A DNA stretch of 64,000 nt from Minisyncoccota bacterium (GCA_009991965.1 JAACWQ010000002.1:17617-81616); one strand, 5' to 3'. Shown: positions 36,420 through 46,338, numbered from the stretch's first letter. The notes: generated by a model not told the origin, from the sequence alone. A program made the numbers and translations.

Positions 36420-37974
36420 TTGCAGAAATTTTTTCCAGCAACTTTCGGTTAGCCAACGAGTTTTTGTAGTTGGCATTTTTTTGTTTGCCATTGCGGTCAG
36501 ATTCTATTCAGGTCAAGACAATTATCTCTGGACGTATGACCAGGCTCGTGATGCTTATACGATTCGTTCCATAATCGAAGATCACAACCTTGTGTTGGTT
36601 GGGCCACAAACAGAATTTTTTGGTTTGCGACACGGCGTATTGTTTTACTATTTACTTGCTCCTGCGTATTTTTTCTCTCAAGGGGATCCCAACTTGCCAG
36701 CGCTGACACTTATTTTTTGGAATCTGACGGCACTGATTCCGTTGACACTTTTGGCATATTCTTGGCGAAAAAGCACAAGAGATGCGCTACTTGTTTTGCT
36801 GCTTGCAGCCGCCTCATATCAACTTATTGAGTATTCACGATGGATTAGCAACTTGTCATTTGCGGTGGCTCCGTTGGCGTGGTTTTATTACTTTTTCTGG
36901 CGGGTGATCGAACAGCGGAAGCTAGCTGTCGTTGCTGGCTTGTGCCTAGGTCTTGCGATTCAAGGTGAATTTTTTCTTATTTATCTCATTCCGCTGAGCT
37001 TGCTGTATCTCTATTTTGTGAAGACACCAGCGCGCACAGCAGCGAGGTTTGGATTTGGTTTACTACTTGGTACCACCACATTTCTTTTGGCAGAACTGAA
37101 ATTTCAATTTTTGGGAACGAAGACGTTTATTGTCGAATTTCTTGGAGATCATGCGGATAATTTTGTTGCACCAAGTTTTGGTATTACCAAGTATTTAGAC
37201 CATATAGGTACGACCACGCAACAACTTGTCGGCGGTTTGACTCCAACAATGGGTTTGTACTTCTTTATATTCCTGTTGGTAAGCCTATTGGTCTTTTACA
37301 AAAAAGAGCGAAAACAATCGTGGTTGTTATATCTGCTAGCCATCACATTTAGTCATAGTTTGTTGTTTAGCTTTCGCTTTGTAGATGCGGTGTTTGTCAA
37401 TATTCCTGTCTTATTTCCAATTATTTTATTAGCAGGTATGGCGTTGAGTGCGTGGTTTGATCGCTATCGTTTGCTCACGGTTGGTTTGATCGTGGCGATG
37501 TTTGTTACACTTGGCTCACAATTACAATTTGCAAAAATTACGCGCAAGCCGTTTGCAGGCATGCAGCTTGTTCAGTCTGGAATTACTTTTTCTGAGAAGC
37601 TTGATCTGGTGCAAACTGCATACCAACTAGCGGGCGATGAGGAGCCATTTAGTTTGAGTGTTTTGGGCAGTCCATATGGGGTCAGTACGGTTTGGGCATC
37701 GCTGTTTGAGCAATATCATGCCCGCACTGGTGCCCCGTTGCCTGTTTTGACGGGGTTTTGGGCGAATGGCTATGTTGGGGGAGATATATTGTCCAAAAGT
37801 GATCAGCGAACAAGGCGACACATCACAATTATTGAATCGAATTATGACGTTTTAATCGACGAACATACGATTGCCGCATTTTTGGAGAACGAAGAAAAGA
37901 CATCAGTTTTGTTGGAAGAGCGAGAAATAGCGGGGTTTAAATTGCAGCTGAGAGAACTGCGACCTGGTAGGTGA
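36400..37974 (+). CDS. GT-C fold membrane glycosyltransferase, paralog 2
   Basis: 524 aa. YDQARDAYTI aligns with YDHARDSLAI of the upstream paralog, with similar topology. The two genes overlap by 20 nt. Confidence 0.55.
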   Translation: MNTFFTDCRNFFQQLSVSQRVFVVGIFLFAIAVRFYSGQDNYLWTYDQARDAYTIRSIIEDHNLVLVGPQTEFFGLRHGVLFYYLLAPAYFFSQGDPNLPALTLIFWNLTALIPLTLLAYSWRKSTRDALLVLLLAAASYQLIEYSRWISNLSFAVAPLAWFYYFFWRVIEQRKLAVVAGLCLGLAIQGEFFLIYLIPLSLLYLYFVKTPARTAARFGFGLLLGTTTFLLAELKFQFLGTKTFIVEFLGDHADNFVAPSFGITKYLDHIGTTTQQLVGGLTPTMGLYFFIFLLVSLLVFYKKERKQSWLLYLLAITFSHSLLFSFRFVDAVFVNIPVLFPIILLAGMALSAWFDRYRLLTVGLIVAMFVTLGSQLQFAKITRKPFAGMQLVQSGITFSEKLDLVQTAYQLAGDEEPFSLSVLGSPYGVSTVWASLFEQYHARTGAPLPVLTGFWANGYVGGDILSKSDQRTRRHITIIESNYDVLIDEHTIAAFLENEEKTSVLLEEREIAGFKLQLRELRPGR

Positions 37975-37986
37975 TACAATCACCCC

Positions 37987-39114
37987 ATGGCACTGCAAGT
38001 CGGAATCGTCGGATTACCCAACGTCGGAAAATCAACATTATTTAATGCGCTGCTCAAAGAGCAGCTGGCTTTGGCTGCCAATTACCCGTTTGCCACGATA
38101 GAACCAAATATTGGAGTCGTGCCTGTACCAGATGCGCGTCTTGAAGTGTTAGCAAAGATTGCCAAAACGACAGTGATTAAACCTGCCACTGTTGAGTTTG
38201 TTGATATCGCAGGCTTGGTCAAAGGTGCGTCGCAGGGAGAAGGTCTCGGCAACAAGTTTCTTTCACACATCCGTGAAGCGGCGGTGATTTGTCATGTGTT
38301 GCGCGATTTTGATGACGAAAATGTGATTCGCGAGGGTGCCGTTTCGCCAAAAGAAGATTTGCACACTGTGCGACTCGAATTACAGCTGGCAGATTTGGCT
38401 ACCCTCGAAAAACAGGTAGAGCCAAAAGGTAACGTCGATCGGGCTGCAAAAGAGCGTTGGCAAATTATTACTTGCTTCAAAAACATACTTTCAGATGCTC
38501 TTAGTATCAATCAAATTCTACATTCCGAACAAAAAATGGGGGAGTATGGACTCAACCAATTCACACCCGAAACAATCACGATGGTCGCACGCGAGCTTTC
38601 GCTCCTGACGGCAAAAGAAGAATTGTATGTTGTCAACGTCAGTGAGTCTGCGCTTGGTGGCGTGGTGAGCGAGGCAACAGCGCAATTTGCCACGGAGCTC
38701 GGGGTCAAACCAGAGCGTGTGGTCGTCATGTGCAACCAGATTGAGAGTGAGCTCGCAGTACTCTCAGATGAAGACAGAACGGCCTATTTGGCAGATCTTG
38801 GTCTGGAACAAGCTGGTCTCGATAGGTTAATTGCCACAGCCTACAAAGTCCTCAAGTTACAAAGTTTTCTCACTGCTGGCGAAATGGAAGTGCGTGCCTG
38901 GACTATTACTCAAGGAACGGCAGCTCGCCAGGCTGCGGGGGTAATTCACACCGATTTTGAGCGCCAGATGATTTCCGCCCGCATTACTGCATACGAAGAT
39001 TTTGTTGCTTGTGGTGGCTGGAAGGGTGTCAAGGAACTCGGCAAACTGCGCACCGAAGGCCGCGAGTACATCATGCAAGAGGGTGATGTGGTGGAGTTTT
39101 TGATTGGGAAGTAG
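37987..39114 (+). CDS. ychF: ribosome-binding ATPase YchF
   Basis: VGIVGLPNVGKSTLFNAL (G1), TGS domain at the C-terminus. Confidence 0.9.
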   Translation: MALQVGIVGLPNVGKSTLFNALLKEQLALAANYPFATIEPNIGVVPVPDARLEVLAKIAKTTVIKPATVEFVDIAGLVKGASQGEGLGNKFLSHIREAAVICHVLRDFDDENVIREGAVSPKEDLHTVRLELQLADLATLEKQVEPKGNVDRAAKERWQIITCFKNILSDALSINQILHSEQKMGEYGLNQFTPETITMVARELSLLTAKEELYVVNVSESALGGVVSEATAQFATELGVKPERVVVMCNQIESELAVLSDEDRTAYLADLGLEQAGLDRLIATAYKVLKLQSFLTAGEMEVRAWTITQGTAARQAAGVIHTDFERQMISARITAYEDFVACGGWKGVKELGKLRTEGREYIMQEGDVVEFLIGK

Positions 39115-39225
39115 TTCTTACCAGGGGTGTGCTATACTACCACCCATACAAATGCCGTCCTCGTCTTTTGTTTAAGCAACAAGAGAACCAGTAGCTCACG
39201 AGGCAGGCCAGACACAGGAGCATAC

Positions 39226-39582
39226 ATGTCACTAAAAATCTTACCAAAAAAAGAAATTCGTTCTTACGAGTTGACCTTGTTGTTGCCAGCTGATTTAGCT
39301 AGTGACGAGATGGAGGTTGTTCGTGGTGAACTACGTGAGTTGCTCAAGAAAAATAAGGTATCCATCGTCGAAGAAGCAGAGTGGGGACGAAAATATTTGG
39401 CTTACACAATTAAATACTTAGGTGTTCGTCACACCGAGGCAAATTATTTGCACTGGACCTTGTCCGCAGCGCCAAAACAAATTTTGAAATTAGAGTTCGA
39501 ATTGCACAACTATCCTCGAGTGATTCGTCATCTTATGGTAGTCGCAGAAGCAAAAAAGGAAGCAGTTAAGGCGGCGGAGTAG
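39226..39582 (+). CDS. rpsF: 30S ribosomal protein S6
   Basis: YELTLLL...EEAEWGRKYLAYTIK...ANYLHW matches bS6. Start at MSLKIL; the listed ORF begins at 39127 in what is probably 5' UTR. Gene order rpsF-ssb-rpsR. Confidence 0.85.
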   Translation: MSLKILPKKEIRSYELTLLLPADLASDEMEVVRGELRELLKKNKVSIVEEAEWGRKYLAYTIKYLGVRHTEANYLHWTLSAAPKQILKLEFELHNYPRVIRHLMVVAEAKKEAVKAAE

Positions 39583-39649
39583 GACGCTACAGTTTATGTC
39601 ATACTACGAGATATAGTGGATGACAGTAACCGTTTGACGAAAGGAAGAT

Positions 39650-40159
39650 ATGGCCACCAGATCACTCAATAAAGTACAGCTAATCGGTAATCTCACTCGA
39701 GATCCAAATTTGCGTTATACGCCAAACAGTACGGCAGTGTGTTCTTTTAGCATCGCGACCAATCGTACTTGGGTGCCAGCTGACGGTGGTGAGAAGCAAG
39801 AACGAGTCGAGTACCACAACATTGTTGCTTGGTCGAAATTAGCAGATATCTGCGGACAATTACTGCATAAAGGCGACAAAGTTTACGCCGAAGGCAGAAT
39901 GCAAACACGAGATTGGAAGGGCGAAGACGGCGTCGAGCGCAAGACCACCGAGATTGTTTTAGAGAACATGTTACTCCTGCAGTCACGATCTGGCGGTGCA
40001 CAACAAAGTAGCTCTGCTGAGAGTTATGGTGAAGAAGAATCAGAATTCGCTGCTGAGCCAGCGCCAGCTGCAAAGAAAACGAGTGCTAAAAAAGTAAAAG
40101 AAGAAGCACCAATCGAAACAATGAGTGCTGAAGACATCGCAGACGATGTCCCATTTTAG
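39650..40159 (+). CDS. ssb: single-stranded DNA-binding protein
   Basis: OB fold (LIGNLTRDPNLRYTPNSTAV...WHNIVAW), Gly/Gln-rich linker, acidic DDVPF tail. Confidence 0.9.
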   Translation: MATRSLNKVQLIGNLTRDPNLRYTPNSTAVCSFSIATNRTWVPADGGEKQERVEYHNIVAWSKLADICGQLLHKGDKVYAEGRMQTRDWKGEDGVERKTTEIVLENMLLLQSRSGGAQQSSSAESYGEEESEFAAEPAPAAKKTSAKKVKEEAPIETMSAEDIADDVPF

Positions 40160-40188
40160 TAGGTTAGTAGAGTAAAAAGGAAAATAAT

Positions 40189-40416
40189 ATGCAACCAAAA
40201 CGCAAACCAAGAAAGATAATCCGCAAGCGAACATCGCCAATTGCAGATTCTTTCTCATACAAAGAGGTTGATGTATTGCGACAATGTTTGTCTGAGCAGG
40301 GTGCTATTTTGACACGACCAGAGACTGGTTTGTCACAAAAAATGCAACGCAGAATGACAATCGCAGTCAAACGAGCACGTCATTTGGCCATGTTGCCATT
40401 TACGCAGACTCTGTAA
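40189..40416 (+). CDS. rpsR: 30S ribosomal protein S18
   Basis: SFSYKEVDVLRQCLSEQGAILTRPETGLSQKMQRRMTIAVKRARHLAMLPF matches bS18. Confidence 0.9.
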   Translation: MQPKRKPRKIIRKRTSPIADSFSYKEVDVLRQCLSEQGAILTRPETGLSQKMQRRMTIAVKRARHLAMLPFTQTL

Positions 40417-40454
40417 TTCTCCTAGTTCTCAAGCAAGTACTTCCAAGTACAATA

Positions 40455-41720
40455 GTGAGACTTATGATGGTTTCACTGAAATTTATTGCTCGACTTCTTA
40501 CCACGCTAGTATTAGTGGTACTGGGAGCGGCTTTGCAGTTTCAATGGAATGTTGTTGGTCGGTTTGTGAGCAATGAACGTGTGCGTCAAACGATTTCTAC
40601 CACCAAGCTTGGTTCATTGGTTAATACCGATTTACCCGCAAATGTGGGAAAGGTGGACTTTTCTCCCTTTTGGGAAGCGTGGAATTTACTCGAAGCAGAT
40701 TATCTTGAAACAGATAAAATTGATCCAAAAGTAATGACTGATGGTGCGATTGCAGGCATGACTGCTTCGCTCGGTGATCCTTACACAATGTACCTCAATC
40801 CAAAAGATGCCGTGCGCTCAACCGAAGATTTGGCTGGAGCATTTTTTGGCGTTGGTATAGAACTTGGCTATGTTGATGGCACACTTGCCGTTATGTCACC
40901 ACTTTCGGGGAGTCCTGCAGAAACCGCTGGTGTCAAAGCCGGTGATCTGATCCTGCGCATTAAAGACGACTCAAAGGCAGTTGATGAGACAACGAGCAAC
41001 ATTTCGATTATGGACGCAGTCGATAAAATTCGTGGTCCAGAAGGTACGCCTGTTACTTTGACATTATTTCGCGATAACAATGGCAACGAACCATTTGATG
41101 TGACGATCACGCGTGGTGAAATTGTAGTGAAGTCGGTCGAGTTGGACATGGTAGAACAGGGTGGTAAGCGCGTTGTGCACATCAAGCTGTCCCGTTTTGG
41201 CGGTAGAACAGATGGAGAGTGGGATGCGATCGTGACAAAAATTCTTGCGGAACGCACGAAAATTGATGGCATTGTGCTCGATGTGCGCAATAATCCTGGC
41301 GGCTTCTTTGACGGTGCGATCGCAGTGGCAAGTGACTTCATCAAATCTGGTGTCGTGGTGTCACAACAAGGTCGCTCGAGCAATCAAGACTTCAAAACCC
41401 TGGGTACCGCACGTTTAGTTGGCATTCCAATGGTGGTATTGGTAAACCGCGGTAGTGCTTCTGCTTCAGAAATCGTCGCGGGCGCACTCAAAGATCAACT
41501 GCAAGTGAAGCTAGTTGGCGAGAAAACCTTTGGTAAAGGAACCGTACAAGATGTTCGCAATCTCAAAAACTCAGGTGTGATGCATATCACGATTGCTCGG
41601 TGGGTGATGCCAAATGGTGACTGGATTCATCACGAAGGCATCCCGGTTGATGTCGAAGTGCAAGACGACCAGAAGACGCCAGAAGACGAACAGCTGATGA
41701 AGGCTATCGACTCTCTTTAA
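40455..41720 (+). CDS. ctpA: C-terminal processing peptidase (S41 family) with a PDZ domain
   Basis: VVLVNRGSASASEIVAGALKD (catalytic Ser) and TFGKGTVQ (catalytic Lys); a PDZ domain between them. Confidence 0.85.
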   Translation: MRLMMVSLKFIARLLTTLVLVVLGAALQFQWNVVGRFVSNERVRQTISTTKLGSLVNTDLPANVGKVDFSPFWEAWNLLEADYLETDKIDPKVMTDGAIAGMTASLGDPYTMYLNPKDAVRSTEDLAGAFFGVGIELGYVDGTLAVMSPLSGSPAETAGVKAGDLILRIKDDSKAVDETTSNISIMDAVDKIRGPEGTPVTLTLFRDNNGNEPFDVTITRGEIVVKSVELDMVEQGGKRVVHIKLSRFGGRTDGEWDAIVTKILAERTKIDGIVLDVRNNPGGFFDGAIAVASDFIKSGVVVSQQGRSSNQDFKTLGTARLVGIPMVVLVNRGSASASEIVAGALKDQLQVKLVGEKTFGKGTVQDVRNLKNSGVMHITIARWVMPNGDWIHHEGIPVDVEVQDDQKTPEDEQLMKAIDSL

Positions 41721-41754
41721 AAACATTTTTAAACCGTGTATAACTAGTCTGCCC

Positions 41755-42936
41755 ATGCGGTCCACAGAATCTACTCGTTCCTTTTTACTCGGTCTTGCTG
41801 TTTCAGTTGTCGTACTTGTTTCGTTTTTTGCCGGCGGTTTGGCAGATAGAGTTTTTGTGATTCGACCACTTGATTGGCTGTCACCTCGTTCTGGCGTGAG
41901 CAAGAATGTAGCTGAAAATACAAGCTCTGACCTTGGTCAATTGATTCAAATGGGCAACCAATTGTCTGTTTCAGATGTGGTCGCAGCCGCATCGCAATCC
42001 GTTGTCACTGTCTCGATCAAAAAACAACAGCGTGTGTTGACGCCATCAGCCAACTCTATTTTTGGATTGAATTTTGGACAAACGGAGTTGCAAGAAATTC
42101 AACAAGATATTGGTACCGGCTTTATTGTTGGGACCAATTTGATCGTAACAAACAAGCATGTAGTCGGTGACGGCAACGCTACCTATAAAGTGATCGATAG
42201 CGACGACGTAGAGTACGATGTCACAAAAATGTATCGTGATCCGATCAATGATCTTGCAATTCTTGAAGTGAAGGGCTTGCCAAATGTGGCATTGCCGCTG
42301 GGAGATTCAGAACAAATCCGCGTGGGAGAGAGCGTTATTGCAATTGGTACTGCTCTGGGTGAGTTTCGCCACACCGTGACCACTGGTGTTATCTCAGGAC
42401 TTGGTCGTGGTATCGAGGCGGGTGATGGCTTTTCGAGTCTTGAAACTCTCGAGGGAGTGATCCAAACAGACGCTGCTATTAACCCGGGCAACTCTGGTGG
42501 TCCGCTGCTCAATTCCAAAGGTGAAGTGATTGGTGTCAATGTTGCGGTTACGGCGGGGGCGCAGAATATTGGTTTCGCCATTCCTATTAATGTCGTCAAA
42601 TCTTCGGTACAAAATTTCAACGAAACTGGTCAATTTGACCGTCCATTCCTCGGTGTTTCATATCGTCCAATTAGCGAGCAAGCTGCATTGTTCAACGATG
42701 TGCCACAGGGTGCCTATTTGATAGAGGTCACTCCAGGTGATTCGGCAGCAGCAGCTGGTTTACAACCGGGCGATATTATCACGGCAATCGATGGCGAGCT
42801 CGTTAAAGACCAGCAACTTGCTGTCGTGCTCAATGATAAACGAGTGGGTGACGTTGTGACAGTTCGTTATTGGCGTGAGAACAATTTTAACGAAGTGCAG
42901 ATTACACTACAGGCTCCGCAAGTGGTTCCCCAGTAG
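41755..42936 (+). CDS. htrA: HtrA/DegP-family serine protease with a PDZ domain
   Basis: TNKHVV (His), DLAIL (Asp), GNSGGPLLN (Ser); C-terminal PDZ; N-terminal TM helix. Confidence 0.85.
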   Translation: MRSTESTRSFLLGLAVSVVVLVSFFAGGLADRVFVIRPLDWLSPRSGVSKNVAENTSSDLGQLIQMGNQLSVSDVVAAASQSVVTVSIKKQQRVLTPSANSIFGLNFGQTELQEIQQDIGTGFIVGTNLIVTNKHVVGDGNATYKVIDSDDVEYDVTKMYRDPINDLAILEVKGLPNVALPLGDSEQIRVGESVIAIGTALGEFRHTVTTGVISGLGRGIEAGDGFSSLETLEGVIQTDAAINPGNSGGPLLNSKGEVIGVNVAVTAGAQNIGFAIPINVVKSSVQNFNETGQFDRPFLGVSYRPISEQAALFNDVPQGAYLIEVTPGDSAAAAGLQPGDIITAIDGELVKDQQLAVVLNDKRVGDVVTVRYWRENNFNEVQITLQAPQVVPQ

Positions 42937-43849
42937 TGAGTGCGGGGTAGAGTTCCTCGAAGACTGGCAGCAGGTTTCCTTCAAGAATTCCTGAAAGGTT
43001 ATACCAAGACTGTTTACTGCGATGGTCGGTAATACGATTTTGTGGGTAATTATAGGTGCGAATTTTTTCGGCTCTTTTGGCTCGACCAATGGCGCTACGC
43101 GCTGCACCGAGTGTTTCTTGGCGTTTTTCTTCTTCAATCTCCCAGAGTTGGGAGCGCAATAATTCAAGAGCAATTTTGCGATTCTGTTCCTGTTTTTTTT
43201 CCTGTCTAGCAGTCGCTACCAGACCGCTGGGTTTGTGGGTAAGGCGAACCGCACTGCTAGTTTTGTTGACCGATTGACCACCGGCACCGCTGGAGCGCAT
43301 GAATTGCCACTCAAGATCTTCGTCACGAATTTCGATAATGCTGGGTGCCACTTCTGGTAATACAGCAACGGAAGCAGTTGACGTATGGATTCTGCCTTGA
43401 GATTCTGTTTCTGGCACGCGCTGCACGCGGTGGACGCCAGACTCAAATTGAAAGGTTTCGAAGGCAGAGAGTGTTTCGCCATTTACCATCACCGAACCAC
43501 GGATTTTGATAATCAGTTCGTCGATAAAAACGACTGCGAGTTTTTGTGTCTCGCAAAAACGCAGATACATGCGCAAGATATCATTTGCCCAGATTTTTGC
43601 TTCGTCGCCACCAGTGCCAGGGCGAATTTCAATAGTGCAAGGACCCTTGGTTGGTTCAGTTGCAATGGAGTCAGAGCTATTATCGCCAAATTGTGCCGCA
43701 GCATCTTCGAGCATCTTTTTTTCTGCCGTCAAACGCTCTATTTCTTGGCGGGCCATCTCAGCAAACTCGGGATCGGTTCCCAATGTTTCAGCTTCGGTTA
43801 TTTTTGTGGTGAGTTCATCTAACTGCGCTTGAAAAGGAGAATCTGACAT
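42902..43849 (-). CDS. prfA: peptide chain release factor 1 (short form)
   Basis: SGAGGQSVNKTSSAVRLTH (GGQ motif). The stop-codon recognition region reads RVQRVPETESQGRIHTS, a PxT-type tripeptide (RF1) rather than the SPF of RF2. Convergent 35-nt overlap with htrA. Confidence 0.65.
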   Translation of the reverse strand: MSDSPFQAQLDELTTKITEAETLGTDPEFAEMARQEIERLTAEKKMLEDAAAQFGDNSSDSIATEPTKGPCTIEIRPGTGGDEAKIWANDILRMYLRFCETQKLAVVFIDELIIKIRGSVMVNGETLSAFETFQFESGVHRVQRVPETESQGRIHTSTASVAVLPEVAPSIIEIRDEDLEWQFMRSSGAGGQSVNKTSSAVRLTHKPSGLVATARQEKKQEQNRKIALELLRSQLWEIEEEKRQETLGAARSAIGRAKRAEKIRTYNYPQNRITDHRSKQSWYNLSGILEGNLLPVFEELYPALTTGEPLAEPVV

Positions 43850-43872
43850 AACGCTAGTGTAACAGAAGAAAG

Positions 43873-44196
43873 CTATTGGGCTTTTTGTTGTTTGGCAGCA
43901 GAGCGGATAGCAGTCTGCTGATTGCGCAGAATCTCTTGGTAAGATTGCGAAGGACCGTCGTCAACTTTTTTGGTTTTCTTTGCTTTTGGATCAGTTTTAG
44001 CCGCTGCCATTTTCTTCAAAAATTTATCGACACGACCCTGACGATCAACGAAGCGAAGTTCGCCGGTAAAAAAGGGATGACATTTATTGCAAATATCGAC
44101 GGTGAGCTCGGCACTAGTAGAACCAATGACAAACGAGTTGCCACAACTACAGGTTACTTTGCAATCATCGTGCCAGTCGGCGTGAACGTGTTTCAT
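43873..44196 (-). CDS. rpmE: 50S ribosomal protein L31 with a Lys-rich C-terminal extension
   Basis: CSCGNSFVIGSTSAELTVDICNKCHPFFTG (the CxxC...CxxCHPFYTG pattern of bL31). Confidence 0.8.
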   Translation of the reverse strand: MKHVHADWHDDCKVTCSCGNSFVIGSTSAELTVDICNKCHPFFTGELRFVDRQGRVDKFLKKMAAAKTDPKAKKTKKVDDGPSQSYQEILRNQQTAIRSAAKQQKAQ

Positions 44197-44246
44197 AACG
44201 AAAGGAGATTATAACACAAGGGGTGGGAAAGGAAAGCTATTTACAG

Positions 44247-44275
44247 TTTGTACAATAAGTTGTACAATTTGTACC
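44247..44275 (+). promoter_or_regulatory. direct repeats TTGTACAAT / TTGTACAAT / TTGTACC immediately upstream of the yefM start; candidate operator
   Basis: Read directly from the sequence. Shares the TGTACA palindrome with the Phd/RelE locus operator at 21401-21428. Confidence 0.5.
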
Positions 44276-44551
44276 ATGAGTACCATTCAAGCCCTCCCAA
44301 TATCTCAAGTTCGATCGCAACTTCCTAGTCTTGTCGACGATGTTGCCGTGCTATCTCGCAAAGTGCTCATCACCGTACAAGGCACTGTCCGCGCAGCGCT
44401 CGTGAATCCAGATGAGCTTGCGTATCTCGAAGAAACAGTGAGTGTTCTAGCAGATCCTACAACGATGAAAGCGATTGAACAGAGTAAAGAGGACGTGGCG
44501 GCAGGCAATGTTACAGACTGGCAGGACATTAAATCAGAGCTTGGTTTGTAG
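44276..44551 (+). CDS. yefM: type II antitoxin, Phd/YefM family
   Basis: 91 aa; MSTIQALPISQVRSQLPSLVDDV... (YefM N-terminal fold). Sits 2 nt upstream of a RelE-like gene. Confidence 0.75.
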   Translation: MSTIQALPISQVRSQLPSLVDDVAVLSRKVLITVQGTVRAALVNPDELAYLEETVSVLADPTTMKAIEQSKEDVAAGNVTDWQDIKSELGL

Positions 44552-44553
44552 CC

Positions 44554-44811
44554 ATGTACGGTATTCAATTTACCCGTTCGGCTAAGAAGTCATTTTCAAA
44601 GATCGCGAAACAAGAACAAGTTCGCATTGCAAAAGCAATAGAAAAATTGGCGGTTGATCCAACTATTGGCAAACCCCTACAGGGAGTGTTGAAAAATCAC
44701 TGGAGCCTGCGTATTGGAAGCTACCGGGTGATCTATGTAATTTTCAAAGAAAGATTGCTGGTTATAGTTTTTGATGTGGGGCACAGGCGTGAGGTTTACA
44801 AAGAGCGTTAG
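44554..44811 (+). CDS. relE: type II toxin, RelE/ParE family
   Basis: 85 aa; ...WSLRIGSYRVIYVIFKERLLVIVFDVGHRREVY matches the RelE family. Confidence 0.8.
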   Translation: MYGIQFTRSAKKSFSKIAKQEQVRIAKAIEKLAVDPTIGKPLQGVLKNHWSLRIGSYRVIYVIFKERLLVIVFDVGHRREVYKER

Positions 44812-46019
44812 CTAGTTATTTGCTCACCAGTCTCTAAGTTTTTGACCACATAGGTAGCATTTTTCACCTCTTCTTCGCCAACAATCACCGCAAACTTAGC
44901 CCCAATTTGACTGGCATACTTGAGTTGTTTGCCAATGCTGGTAGTGCCTGGATACAGCTGGGTGATTTTGCCCTCAGCGCGTAGTTTCTTGGCAATTCCA
45001 GCGGAAGCTGTTCGTAGTTCTGGCGAAAATACGGTGACTAGATACTCCAGAGAATTCGTACTGCTTGGAATAAGATCCAGTGTTTTAGCAGCTTCGACGA
45101 TCCGATCAAAGCCAAGACCAACGCCGACAGCGGGGATGTCAGACCCGCTCAAATTTTCAATCAAATTGTCATAGCGACCGCCACCGCCGCAAGATCCCGC
45201 GCCAGATTCTGGCACGATGATTTCAAAAATCATGCCGGTGTAGTAGTCGAGTCCACGCGCGAGGGTGGGGGAAAAGACGAGGGCAGACTTTGGAACACCC
45301 AAAGCTACCGTCAGCTCCATGATTGTTTGCAGTTGTGTAGATACTTCGACAGATTGCAGCGCTGTTAGCACAGCTTTGGCATCGCTTGCGCCTAGACCTT
45401 TGGCCACTAGCTCTGTTTCGACTTCTGCCGGGGTTTGTTTATCGAGTTTGTCGATAGATTGAATGAGCGAAAAGACGTCGACAGCGTTGTTTGCAAACGG
45501 CGAGAGCGAGTTTATGAGCGTTTGTCGATCATTGACGCGAACCTCAATTTTTTTGAAGCCAATCGCTGCCAGGCTCTGATAGCTGCAGGCGAGGATTTCG
45601 GCGTCACTGATGGGATCTTTGCTACCAAAAATATCAAAGTCACACTGGGTAAATTCGCGGTAGCGACCCTTTTGTGGTTTGTCAGCCCGGAAAACATTCT
45701 GCACTTGGTAGCGGCGAAAGTACTTGGGCAGATCATTTTGATATTGGCTGAGTAAACGGGCGGTAGGTACTGTTTGGTCATACCGCAAGGCCACCTCGCG
45801 CTCACCACGATCGGTAAACGAGTAGACCAGTTTGTCGGCTTCATCGCCATACTTACCGAGTAGCAGCGATGCATACTCGAGCGTTGGCGTCTCGACTGGT
45901 TCAAAGCCGAAGCGTTCGAACGCTTCGGTCATCTTGCTTTGGACGAAGTCGCGCGCGCGCTTTTCGGCGGGCAGAAAGTCGCGGAAGCCTTTGAGGGTTT
46001 GAACTTGTTGGTTTTTCAT
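44808..46019 (-). CDS. hisS: histidyl-tRNA synthetase
   Basis: KGFRDFLP (motif 1 region), class II aaRS core, C-terminal anticodon-binding domain. 403 aa. Confidence 0.9.
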   Translation of the reverse strand: MKNQQVQTLKGFRDFLPAEKRARDFVQSKMTEAFERFGFEPVETPTLEYASLLLGKYGDEADKLVYSFTDRGEREVALRYDQTVPTARLLSQYQNDLPKYFRRYQVQNVFRADKPQKGRYREFTQCDFDIFGSKDPISDAEILACSYQSLAAIGFKKIEVRVNDRQTLINSLSPFANNAVDVFSLIQSIDKLDKQTPAEVETELVAKGLGASDAKAVLTALQSVEVSTQLQTIMELTVALGVPKSALVFSPTLARGLDYYTGMIFEIIVPESGAGSCGGGGRYDNLIENLSGSDIPAVGVGLGFDRIVEAAKTLDLIPSSTNSLEYLVTVFSPELRTASAGIAKKLRAEGKITQLYPGTTSIGKQLKYASQIGAKFAVIVGEEEVKNATYVVKNLETGEQITS

Positions 46020-46048
46020 ATATTTTTCTTTCTTATTATAACCTAGAT

Positions 46049-46282
46049 TTATCCCAGCCTAGCTTCGCCTGCCTCAATTTGACGTTTCCATTCGGCAAGT
46101 ATCTCTGGATCTTCACCTGTTTCTTCCAACTCTTTTATCCACCACGCCATAATTTCACCACGTACCGGTGCGTTTTGGATTCGAAAGCAGTCGTTGGCCA
46201 TACGAGTTGTGCGATCAGTAATACCACGTTCCTCATCGCTTAAAAATAGTTCCTTACTTTCTTTATTCATATTTTCTTTCAT
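46049..46282 (-). CDS. small hypothetical protein between the hisS leader and hisS
   Basis: 77 aa from ATG 46282 (MKENMNKESKEL...WWIKELEETGEDPEILAEWKRQIEAGEARLG). The listed start at 46315 is a TTG inside the terminator T-tract and is rejected. No family recognised. Confidence 0.35.
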   Translation of the reverse strand: MKENMNKESKELFLSDEERGITDRTTRMANDCFRIQNAPVRGEIMAWWIKELEETGEDPEILAEWKRQIEAGEARLG

Positions 46283-46313
46283 TGACCAAACCAGAGAAGG
46301 GGGTCGAAAGCCC

Positions 46314-46338
46314 AAAAAAAGCTCCCGATTTTGGGAGC
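46314..46338 (-). terminator. intrinsic terminator GCUCCC-aaaauc-GGGAGC followed by U7 (minus strand), inside the hisS leader region
   Basis: Perfect 6-bp GC-rich stem plus TTTTTTT on the minus strand only, read directly from the sequence. Confidence 0.7.

Noticed and set aside
46315-46315. Listed TTG start of the 88-aa ORF upstream of hisS
   Set aside because: The TTG lies inside the U-tract of the intrinsic terminator (46314-46320). The start was moved to ATG 46282.
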